NCBI GenBank assembly: GCA_013239625.1 | Contig: MU054400.1 | Location: 3,198,282-3,229,705 of the forward strand | DNA length: 31,424 bases | Reading direction: 5' to 3' | Source: Lama guanicoe | Taxonomy: Eukaryota | Shown here: in pieces, positions 10,611-20,169 of the stretch | Layout of the letters: each line of letters begins with the position of its first letter | Position numbering within the stretch: the first letter of the stretch is position 1 | Notes under the pieces: generated by a model | Seen by the model: only the letters and a program-made list of their open reading frames with translations | Told to the model about the DNA's origin: nothing | Databases searched by the model: none | Position numbers and translations under genes: made by a program

Positions 10611-11182
10611 TGAAACGGAGCAGAACCCTGTGGGGTCCTCCCTGTTACAAATCCTTTCTGTGTCCCCCGTATCTCTTTTGTAGGAACTAGGCTTCTCTCA
10701 GCTTCTTTGACCTTCCCTGAGTTCCAAAGGGCAGATTCAAACAGTTACTAATCAGGGAAGGGAGGGAAGGCAGAGGCAAGGGAGGAACAATCCAGAAACA
10801 ATAGCCCCGCCTCGGAGCAGGGTCCTGGTACCTCCTCAAGGAACGTCCATAACACTATCTCTGAGTTCTTCTGCAGGAACCGAAATCCCTCTCCCAGGTG
10901 GAGGGTGGCAACTTCAGGCTGAGCACAGGACTCCTGGGACACCGCCCCGTTAACTCACTGCCGACCAGTCAGAAGAAAGTCACACATGCTTCATTTAGCC
11001 CCTACCCCAAATCTGTCTATAAAACCTTTTTCCTGACAACCATCAGGGAATTTAGGTTTTTTGAGCGTGAGCCACCCGCTCTTCTAATCAGCCCTGCAAT
11101 CACCCTCTCTGCTCCAAACTCCATCGTTTTGGTGTGTTTGGCCTCGCTGTGCGCTGGGCACACGAATCTCTGTTCCGTAACA
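10611..11182 (+). mobile_element. ERV1-class solo LTR (572 bp)
   Basis: TG...CA termini with an imperfect terminal inverted repeat (TGAAACGGA / TCCGTAACA), TATAAAA at 11018-11024, and a 4-bp TSD ACGC (10607-10610) / ACAC (11183-11186). Confidence 0.85.
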
Positions 11183-11959
11183 ACACCCCAATGGCCAGTG
11201 ACATGCCTGCCATTCATTGTAAAGCTGTCCCCAGCCTCGTGCTGCCCTTGTCCCTCTTGTGACTCTGCATAGTTCGGCTTTGCAGTGGTCACCTGTTCCC
11301 ACCTCTTAGGTCTCTGGCCCACGGGGGTCCCCTGGTCCTCGACATAGGGCATGTCCGTGTCAGCTCAGCAGCTCTGTCCTCTGCCTCACCCACATCCTGA
11401 AGAAAGGACGCAAGCGATGGATAAAGAATGCTATGCAACTCTATCCTCCCTAGTTAAAGGTGAATTCCTTTAGCGCCCAGAGCAAACATTCTCAGCAAAG
11501 GCCAAAAACAATACCTAGGACTGTTGTTTTAGAAAACACTTAATTCACAGCGATTTTTTTCTTGATGTCATTGCCCGTAAATTAATTTCAAGGGAAAACT
11601 GGTGAACTTTTGTCCTCCAGGAAGTTTCCCTTTATCGTCCCACCTCCCACCCTTGGCCCTCCCACTTCTTTCATCCCCTCCCAACCAAAACACCACTAGC
11701 AACACCCCCTGCTAATCCCTATTTTGCTGTCAGGCTTAAATGGGTCAGAGCGCCAATCACTGGTGAAACAAGAGGCAGTTCGTTTGGTTTGGATGTGGGA
11801 ATGTCCAAACCTTGCTTCAGAGCTGGTTTTCGTATGCTAATATGTTATAGGGGAGTATCCCTACTGGGCTGGAGGCCACTAGCGGGGCTGATGGGTGGGT
11901 GGGGCAAGCAGACTGTCTTCACTTCTCAAGACAACAGATGGGGGAAAATGGCAGCTCAC

Positions 11960-12200
11960 AGGCTTTATTGGCCCACAGACAGCTTTGCAGGAGGCACACA
12001 CACGGTGTCCTCAACATTTTTTAAATAGTAACTGATACCCAAAACATTTGGAGATTTTACCAAATTCTGGCTCTAACATCTCTTTGTTAGATCACAGCTG
12101 GCCATCCAAGACCTGAGTCCCTCCAGCACAACACTTGCATGAGCTGAGCAGTGACTGCCCCTTTAGAGAAGGCACACTCTCCACTACAACATGGGCCCAG
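11960..12200. mobile_element. MER102-like hAT-Charlie DNA transposon fragment
   Basis: 'ggagattttaccaaattctggctct...gagctgagcagtgactgcccctttagagaaggcacactctcca' matches my recollection of the MER102 internal sequence. Confidence 0.55.
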
Positions 12201-12221
12201 GTTGCTGCCCATCCTGGTGAC

Positions 12222-12660
12222 ATCTATAGTTGAGTGGCAAATTGCCCCCAAAAGTCGGTGTTTTAAAACAACCATTTTATTTTGTTTGCAGGCAGGTGTT
12301 GGCCAAGCCACAGTCATCTGAAGGCTCGACTGGGCTGGCAGTCCAAGGTGACCACTCACTGGGCTGCAGCTGATGCGCATGACGTTGGCTGGGGGTCTGT
12401 CCGGCTGGGGCTGTAGACTGAAGCACCAGTAGGTAGTCTCTGCGGCATGGCAACTGAGGACAGAGGGACTTCTTATGGAGTGGCTGCATCCCTTGTGGCA
12501 AGCACCCCGAGACGCCCAGGCAGAACAGCCCGGTCCTTTATGATCCAGCCTCAGAAGTCATACTCTGGTGGCTGAAGCGTTCATAAGCCCTTCCAGATTC
12601 ACCTTGAAGGAGCACAGACATGCCTCTCAAGGTGAAGTGCATCAGAGAACTTGGGTCTCA
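12222..12660 (-). mobile_element. MLT1 (MaLR) LTR, MLT1F/G/H-like
   Basis: 'caaattgcccccaaaagtcggtgttttaaaacaaccattttattt', 'cagtcatctgaaggctcgactgggctgg' and 'tttatgatccagcctcagaagtcatac' are typical antisense MLT1 blocks. Confidence 0.8.
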
Positions 12661-12692
12661 CTCACTTGAGCTCCTTGGAACCTGTAAACTTT

Positions 12693-12867
12693 TTTTTCCT
12701 TTTAATTACATGTAGTTGATTTACAATGTTGTGTTAATTTCTGGTGTACAGCCTAGTGATTCAGTCATACATATTCATATATTCTTTTTTCATATTCTTT
12801 CTCATTATAGGTTATTATAAGCTATTGAATATAGTTCCCTACAGTTGACAGTAGGATCTTGCCGTCT
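12693..12867 (-). mobile_element. Severely 5'-truncated L1 3' tail (175 bp), cetartiodactyl type
   Basis: 'gtagttgatttacaatgttgtgttaatttctggtgtacagc...ataggttattataagctattgaatatagttccct' with a T-rich start, and a perfect 12-bp TSD CCTGTAAACTTT at 12681-12692 and 12868-12879. Confidence 0.9.
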
Positions 12868-12967
12868 CCTGTAAACTTTGGTGTCTAGACCCCCAGGTCC
12901 TGAGTGAATATGGTAGGAATACGTTTCTCTTCCCTTCCCCTCCCTGCTGTCTGCCCTCCCTTGATGT

Positions 12968-12985
12968 GGGGTGGGGGGGGGGGGG
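12968..12985 (+). repeat. G4-T-G13 poly-G tract
   Basis: Read directly from the sequence. Confidence 0.9.
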
Positions 12986-13024
12986 ACAGTATTTACTCAG
13001 TGCCATCCACATTCCATTCCTTTG

Positions 13025-13225
13025 TCTTACAAATACTTCTAGAGCACCTACCACGCGCCAGGTACTTTCCATACTTGTTCAAATTTCACACTCAGAGCAG
13101 CAGCACTGTGTGATCACTATTATCCCCATTCTGCAGATGAAGAAGCTGAAGATCAAAAATCAAATATTTTGAGTAGGGTTGCCCAGCTTTGAAAGGATGG
13201 ACCCAGGATTCTAAACCAGCTGTGG
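13025..13225 (-). mobile_element. MIR SINE
   Basis: 'gagcacctaccacgcgccaggtact...tattatccccattctgcagatgaagaagctgaag...ccaggattctaaaccag' spans most of the antisense MIR. Confidence 0.75.
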
Positions 13226-13377
13226 TGGTGTGTTACATGCCAAGAGGGACTGCAACTTTTGCTTTGGTGCCTGAACAATATCTCCATGAATGTATAGTGA
13301 TGTACTTCATTTCTGGTTGACATGCAAGATTGTCCTCATGTGTATGACTCCCCTGGTGTGAGTCTCACCGGACTTAC

Positions 13378-13960
13378 TGTCACCAAGTTGGTCAAGACCC
13401 CCGTCCTAGCCAGGGAGGTTCTTTTTCTTATCTGATTCCTGCAGCCAATAAGAAAACCAGTGCTGAGACTGGAACAACCCAGATTTTATTCAATGGCCAA
13501 AGAAGAGAGAAGCAGGAACCTAGTTCCCAAATCAACTTCTCAAATCAGTTTGGATGGAGACACTAAATACATAGGAGAGTCAAGGTAAAAGAGAGGGAAC
13601 TGAAAAGAGGAGGAGAAATATTCATGAATTATCTGGTTTGGACCCAAAACTGATGCAACTCTCCTTTTCAGTTCTTGTATGGCTTGCCTGGTTGTTGTCA
13701 TGGCAACTGTCAACTGTCATGACATTGATGGGCATGTCATTTAGCATGCGAATGCATTACAGTGAGCATACAATGAGCATACAATGAGGCTCAAGGTCTA
13801 CTGGAAGTGAAATCCTCTGCCATCTTGGGCCTAGTTGGTTCTAACTAGTTCTTGGTTTTTTTCTCTTTGCAACTTCCTCTTGAAATTTAGATAAGAGTGA
13901 TTGGCATCTATTTAAGGGAGGGGTAGGGGTATGATTCTGCGGGTAACAGCCTTGGTAAAA
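13378..13960 (-). mobile_element. MER41-like ERV1 solo LTR
   Basis: The minus strand reads 'caagatggc...ctcattgtatgctc...taatgcattcgcatgctaaatgaca...catgacagttgacagttgccatgacaac...aattcatgaata', collinear with the MER41B consensus as I recall it. Minus-strand AATAAA at 13485-13490 and a CA 3' end at 13378. The right boundary (13948 or about 13960) and the TSD are uncertain. Confidence 0.8.
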
Positions 13961-14647
13961 AATACATGAATCTCCTCTCCTTGAAGAGCAAGTGTTTGGA
14001 AATTCACAAATCCTTGTGTGTGTCAGCTGTACCCTGAAAAAATCAGCAGGTCTCTTACATGAGAATCACCCTTCACCCCAACAAAACTAAACGATGCAAC
14101 AGTTCTGGCCTTTGAGCCTCCAGCCCCGGGCTCTGGAACGCAGGCACAGGCACACACCATGCAGTGGGCTCCTTTCCTTTCCATCCTGGATGACTGGGAA
14201 TAGAAAAGAAACAGATCAAAGAGGGAGAGATGTAAGAGAGAGGTGGTGAGTGAGGAGGGTATTAGGTATTTGCAGCCTCAGGAAAACAAGATCCTGGGCA
14301 GAAGTGTCAGGGAGTATGCTCCAAATCTAAGTAGGGCCCGGGAATGCCCCAGATCATCATTTCTGTGTTCTACTCAAGGCCCAGTCTTCATTGGTTTATT
14401 CTCTGGCTTGAGATTTTTTTTTTTCAAGTCCCTCTGAATCTCCTCTCTTTCCAGCTCATTCTCATCCTTTTGTCCATTCATGCTGTTCCTCAGCATGAAT
14501 AGGAAGGTTGCTCTGTTCTCATAACACGAGGAGTGGAGAAGAGGATGAGAATTAATATTTACTAAGAGCCTACTATGCACTGAGTATCGAGCACAGCCTG
14601 ATATTCATTGCAAGTCACAAGTGCAGGAGAAATCAGCTCCATCTCTG

Positions 14648-14833
14648 TCTTTATTTTTTGATATATAATTGACACATAATATTAAAAGTTTCAGGTATAC
14701 AACATAACAATTAAATATTTGCATATATTGTGAAGTGATCACCACAATAAGTCTACTTACCATGTATATACGGTTATAAATGGTTACTTTTTTTTTCTTT
14801 TGATGAGAACCTTTAAGATCTACTCTCTTGACG
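14648..14833 (-). mobile_element. L1MA9-like 3' end
   Basis: 'gatatataattgacacataatattaaaagtttcaggtatacaacataa...gtgatcaccacaataagtcta...gatgagaacctttaagatctactctctt'; candidate 8-bp TSD CATCTCTG at 14640-14647 and 14834-14841. Confidence 0.8.
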
Positions 14834-14989
14834 CATCTCTGGATGACACAGACGTACAGGACTAGGAGACATTCACAGCAGCCATATTTGGAAGTGATCT
14901 AGCATGGTGTGTATCATGCTATGTTCACATGTACTTTGAGGTCATTTTAAGTTCTGGGAGGACTGGGAATCATTTACTCCACCTTTAAA

Positions 14990-15209
14990 ACATTTTTTAT
15001 TCTAAAAATAATGCATACACAGAAAAAAAAAGAAAACTATAAACATATCAAAGGGAAGGGTATAAAATAAAAAGTAAATTTCTTTCTCAATCCCACCTCC
15101 CATTGCTGGGGTCCTTCTTAAACTTCTCTTTGCCTGTTCCCTTTTTGCATCACATAAATACATATACACTATATTTTTTTCAAATATAATACTATTTTTA
15201 AACATGAAA
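14990..15209 (-). mobile_element. Old L1ME-like 3'UTR fragment
   Basis: 'ttttattctaaaaataatgcatacacag...gggtataaaataaaaagtaaatttctttctc' resembles antisense L1ME ends; highly diverged. Confidence 0.5.
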
Positions 15210-15525
15210 CAGTTGGCCCTCCATATCTCTGGTTTCACATCTGCAAATGCAACCAACCTTGGATGGAAAATACTGGAAGAAAAACTTATTCAAAAAGTTC
15301 CAAAAAGCAAAACTTGAATTTGCCGGGCACCAGCCAACTACTTACAGAGCATTTACATTGTATTAGTTATTATAAGCAATCTAGAGATGATTTAAGGTAT
15401 ACAAGACAATGTGCATAGGTTACATACAAATACTACATCGTTTTATATAAGGGACTTGACCGATGGATTTTGGTATCCATGGGGGATCTTGTAGTCGATC
15501 CTCCGCGGATACTGAGCAACAATCG
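15210..15525 (-). mobile_element. MER2/Tigger2-family (TcMar-Tigger) MITE, near full length
   Basis: Degenerate TIRs CAGTTGGCCCTCCATATC (15210) and GATACTGAGCAACAATCG (to 15525); internal 'aatctagagatgatttaaggtatac...caaatactacatcgttttatataagggacttga...ggattttggtatcc'. Confidence 0.88.
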
Positions 15526-16072
15526 TGTTTATAAAAGCCCACCCCATTCACCCCCATCAATCATTGTGATTAAAAGAGGATCACTTTTTAAAGGTTTTAG
15601 TTGCATGTTGAGAACTATTATTAACCTATTAATCCGTCAGAATACTTGTTCTTTGTAAAAGTGCTAAATAAGTGTTGACTAAATGGTACTGAATTTATGC
15701 AAACTTTCACAACCATATGTTACGTCGCCCTTGACAATCTCTTCATCTTGTAATTTTAATCACCATTTTATCCTCCTTTTTCATTCTTTTTGGGCTTCTA
15801 AACATTTCTTTCTTTGGAAGGACAGTAAAATACCATTAAACATGAAAAAAAGATGGAGGAAGGACAATATGAAATAGTGACAAGTCCAAATTATAGAATA
15901 ATTACTAAGAACTGAAGGACCGCAACGTTTTTATACCAACTGCACAAGCTGAAAATTAACAAATTTTGGAAAAGCCAAGATCTATAGGCAGTTGCTTTCA
16001 CCAAGAGGTCAAAATCATTTGAAATTCACATATTAATTATTTGCTTTCAGATGGGTGCATGAAAGTCTTGAA

Positions 16073-16200
16073 AATTCAACTCAGCACCAACTGTCTCTTG
16101 AGCACAGACTATTTATCCACTGCTGTCTGGAATCTAAAAATGACTAAGATACAGCCATGTCCTTCGAGCCCACTAGTCAAAGGAGGGGAGAGACACAGAG
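16073..16200 (-). mobile_element. L2 fragment
   Basis: 'ttgagcacagactat...ggaatctaaaaatgactaagatacagccatgtccttcgagcccactagtcaaaggaggggagagaca' resembles the antisense L2 3' end. Confidence 0.6.
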
Positions 16201-16454
16201 ATGAAGATGCTGAAGATGGGGCTGGTAGAGAAAGGGCAGTGCTGGAGGGGCCCTCCTGGATGTCCTCAGAAAACGACCATTGTGATACCCCTTCCAAATT
16301 CCACCTGGACTCAGAGTTCACGGTGGATTGTGCACCCTGAAATCCACATACCCATATTCTTTTTTTTTTTTTTCAGAAAATGCAAGGAAGGCAAACTTAG
16401 GCCCAAGGTAGTTCTAAAAAACTGCACATCCCAAAATTAGTGAGGGTCAAAAGC

Positions 16455-16765
16455 ATGTTATTTTTCATTATATGTATAAAAACATTCCACGTGTGCCATA
16501 ATTTCCAGCAATCATTGGATCATTCCTTACCATCTCTGGGGTCTCAAAGTATTGGATGTTAACTGTCTCCCAAAGTATTCATTTTCTGACCGCTACCTTC
16601 AATACCCCAGTATCGAAGGATCTCTGACAGGCTACTGGGACACAAAATATAGTGCTGACGTGGTATAAAATCTTTAAAAATGCATCGCTTGTCAAGGTTT
16701 TCTGGAAGACAATCCAGGTCAAAGGCACGGTGCCCGAAACATGAGGTAGATCACTGCCCAGGCTG
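16455..16765 (-). mobile_element. Very old L1M fragment
   Basis: Scattered antisense L1 ORF2-end motifs ('cattccacgtgtgccataattt', 'caggtcaaaggcac...ggtagatcactgcccaggctg'). Confidence 0.4.
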
Positions 16766-17504
16766 TTCGGCTGGCGGGGATGGGGGGCGGAGTGGGTAAT
16801 GTTAAGAAAGAAATCAATCAGAATGGCTTTTTATTCTCAGAGTGCTATAGGAAGTCTAAGTCTTTGTCTTTTTAAATGTGAAATCTCACCATTAGACACT
16901 CGTCATGCAATTATTCTGTCTTTTTATTTCAACTTGCTTATACAGGACAGCAGTGCTGCGCTTGCAAAACCTCACCATGGAAAAGGAATATGGGACAAAG
17001 AGAAGATCTGAATGGAGGCACGTGCAGAAGTAGGAACCATTTATCTTCGATAACCTTACTTCCCTTTCAAATGCCTTCCATACCCACCTGTCTCAGGATG
17101 GCTGCCCCCCAATCCCAGGCACCAAACCACACACCCCCAGCGAAGAACAAGGAAGCTGGGAGCTGGGGCATTCATCCACCAACCCTCATCCATCATTGAC
17201 TGGGCTGTTCCCAGCGGCATGAGCTACCCAACTCTTCTGGCCCTCCCCAAAGGAAGCCAAGAGAAGGCCCTCATGGGGAGGGCTGCAGGTCTGAGTACCC
17301 ACGGGAATGGTGTGTGCCACGGTCATGTGGGTGGGATAGGAACAGTTTGCTGCCCCATCACACCTTGTATTTGCTCAGTGTCCCCAAACCACATTCTCTG
17401 CATGTCTCTCTCTCCTTCTCCAGCCATTTTAACATTAGACATCTTTTATTCTGTAGAGGGCAGAAAGTATGGGAAAAACTGTTGAGCAAAAGGAGAACCC
17501 TTGA

Positions 17505-17633
17505 AGGGCAAGGGTATAGCTCAGTGGTAGAGCACATGCTTAGCATACACAAGGTCCTGGGTTCAATCCCCAGTACCTCCATCAAAAATAAATAAATAAA
17601 CCTAATTACCGCCCCCAACCGGAAAAAAAGAAA
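17505..17633 (+). mobile_element. tRNA-Ala-derived SINE (camelid Vic-1 type)
   Basis: Pol III A box (TAGCTCAGTGG), B box (GGTTCAATCCC), AGC anticodon remnant, 'aaataaacctaattacc' tail and A-rich end. 17-bp TSD AAAAGGAGAACCCTTGA (17488-17504) / AAAAGGAGAATCTTTGA (17634-17650), 15/17 identical. Confidence 0.92.
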
Positions 17634-18999
17634 AAAAGGAGAATCTTTGAGCATGGAGTGACATTTAAAAATCTGAATAAGAATTATTTGGATGAGCTTT
17701 GGACCACAAGGGAGAGTTCCTGCAGAACTGGTGGGAGTTCAGGGGGATCTTCTTGCCTGGTATTTGTCCTAAATAATTCTGCTTCGATTAACAGCAATGA
17801 CCAATGTGAATAATCCCAGGAGCCGTGTTTTTTCTGGTCTTCTTCCATCACTGGCCAGCACCTACCTAATGTCCCAGGTAAGAAAAGAAAAACCAGTACC
17901 TTTACAGACTGTGATTTATTTAAGCCTTCTACTTCCAAAGCAAAAATTTTTTTATAAGTAACCTAAATTGAACTGGTGCTCTGAACTGGTCTTAGGATGG
18001 TGCCATATTAAAAGAAACAGTCAGTTCCGATCAGCAGACAAGCAAAAAGGAACCTAAACACTTCAGAGCTTTACTTAGTTTACTGGGTCTTGATACACAG
18101 AAATTCACCTGTGTAATTTTCTCTCCCCATCTCTGCCTTCTCAGTATCATTGGCAGGAATGATAGCTGTGCCCCCGAACTTTTTTTTCCACTCTCCACTT
18201 CTGTTACCTCAAAATCTCCCAATCCAACCTTCACAGCTTATATCCCTCCTCACCCCGAATACCCGTTCTGTTTGTTTTAGTTTCTTCGTTTGTTTTGTAA
18301 GCTCAGCTAGGATTCTTTATCACCTTTGGGAGTTTTTGTAACTGTTGTTCCTTCTCCCATGTCGTGTAATCTCTACAACAAATGCTATCCGGAAGCCTCT
18401 ATTCTCTCCTCGTGTGTGTGTTGAGGAGTGAGGAAGGGAGGTTGGCATTGAATACAGACTTGTTGTGTGTCAATCTGGATCTGCACATATCCATCTATCT
18501 GTTGGGAAAGGACTGAAATAAACATACTAGAGAGCTCCTGGTTTCCTCTCGACTTCTACCTTCACCCTCTTTTCTTCCTTTTTTTGCCAAGTGCCTCTTC
18601 TACCTCATGGGCTTTGACTAGCCAATAAACGGCAAGCCTTGTGTAAACAATTCTTAGAGAAAACTGGTAGATACTGAGCAAGGACCATAAAATGGGAACG
18701 ACTCCCAACTATGAGTTTCAGTGAGCGTTGCAAACTGCTGTCAAAGGCAAAACAGCCAGGACAGGGTATGCGGTTCCCCGTCCTAGGAAGCTGCCCCTGC
18801 TCCCTGTGGGGAGTCACCAGGTCCTCAGGGGCCCCCTGAGTCAAGGAATCAGCTGGAGGAAGCCTTACCAAACTCCATGTGAGTCCCTTAAATCATTTTC
18901 TTTGATTCTACATATCTACCCATCCAATGTGTATATATACATATTCATATGCATATGCGTGCAAAGACAAATTAAAATTATAAAGCACTTCCACATTCA

Positions 19000-19130
19000 C
19001 TCTCCTAACAGAATGTCATCGACTTTATGAGGTCAGCATGAGTCTGAATTATTTTCCTCGTTCTTCAAGCAAGAAAACTAAGGCTTGTTATTACTCATTC
19101 AAACCTGGGCCTCCACGTCCCCTGCATGTC
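19000..19130 (-). mobile_element. MIR fragment, degenerate
   Basis: 'actttatgaggtcag...ttattttcctcgttcttcaagcaagaaaactaaggctt...attcaaacctgggcct'. Confidence 0.45.
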
Positions 19131-19507
19131 ACTGTAGCACACCTTAGTTTTGAGGATTCCCAGAAGACTTTGCTTGCCACTCTTTATTCTCCACACCAGG
19201 GAGCACCTTAAAATTCAGAACAAAGTGCGGACAATCCAGCGTCTTGACATCAATGGTCAAACCCCTGAGTTAGGCTCTATGGGGGTGTCTGTGGTTATGT
19301 CTGTGTTCACAGAAATGGTTGGTGGTCAAATATAATCCTTTCTCATTGTGGAAAGGTAGAAAATATAGAAAATTATGAAGAAAACAAAATCACCTAATTT
19401 AATTCAATTAATCAGTCATAAGCAAAGCACTATTAGTGGTCAGTGTATGTCTTTCATAAACATGCACATTCGTGAAGGCTAATAGTCTTGCCATCAATGG
19501 ACAGCAT

Positions 19508-20165
19508 AGGAAAGGACAGTTACAAGCCAATCTCATTCAAGAGCAGCAGCACAAAATTCTAAACAAAAATATTATCAAGCTGAATCCCACAATTTATAAA
19601 TAAAGCAATACACCGTGACTGAACTGATTTATTCCAGAAATTTAAGTTGGATTGGACATTATACCAGTCATTATAGTCATGCACCACATCAAAAGACTGG
19701 AGAAAAGAAGAAATTATGACCTCAAGAGACATAGAAAAAGCATTCAAACACTTACGTTCATTCATGAGAGAAATGTTAAAAGGGAAGAGAGGGGATCTTC
19801 TCTAATCGGATAAAATCTATCTACCATAAATATCACACATGCAAGAGTGAAATATTAAAGTCATTCTCTTTTCTGTGAGAAATAAAACAGCAATGACTCC
19901 TTCTCTTCAGTATTTTCCTGGAGGCTCTCGCCAGCCAGCACAGCAGGAAAAAAGAAAAGCATAAACATATCCTAATTGGGAAGGAACAAACAAAACTGTC
20001 ACTATTTACATATAATCGTCTCCAGAGAAAAGTCAAAGGTGTCTACAGAGAAACATATTAGAATCAACTAGAGAATCCAGCTAAGGTTCTGGATGAAAGT
20101 TCAGTATATCAAAGACAATTGCATTTCTATGTGTCAACAGCAAGCAATTAGAATATATTTAAAAA
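19508..20165 (+). mobile_element. Old L1 ORF2 reverse-transcriptase region, decayed
   Basis: DNA-level traces of NYRPISL..DAKILNKIL..GFIPG..DAEKAF..LSLFADD..EFSKV..YKINIQKSIAFLY, with many indels and stops; the FADD motif reads FTYN at 20005-20016. Confidence 0.85.
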
Positions 20166-20169
20166 TGAG

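Noticed and set aside
10611..13960. Two ERV1 LTRs as the ends of one provirus
   Set aside because: They are in opposite orientations and unrelated in sequence, the first has its own TSD, and there is no PBS, gag/pol/env or PPT between them.
16773..16796. G-rich GC-box (GGGGCGGAGT) suggesting a promoter
   Set aside because: An isolated motif at the edge of an old L1 fragment, with no CpG island or other promoter evidence.
17509..17581. tRNA-Ala(AGC)-like sequence (also about 25697-25770 on the minus strand)
   Set aside because: Mismatched acceptor and anticodon stems, a SINE tail, poly(A) and TSDs show these are SINEs rather than tRNA genes.
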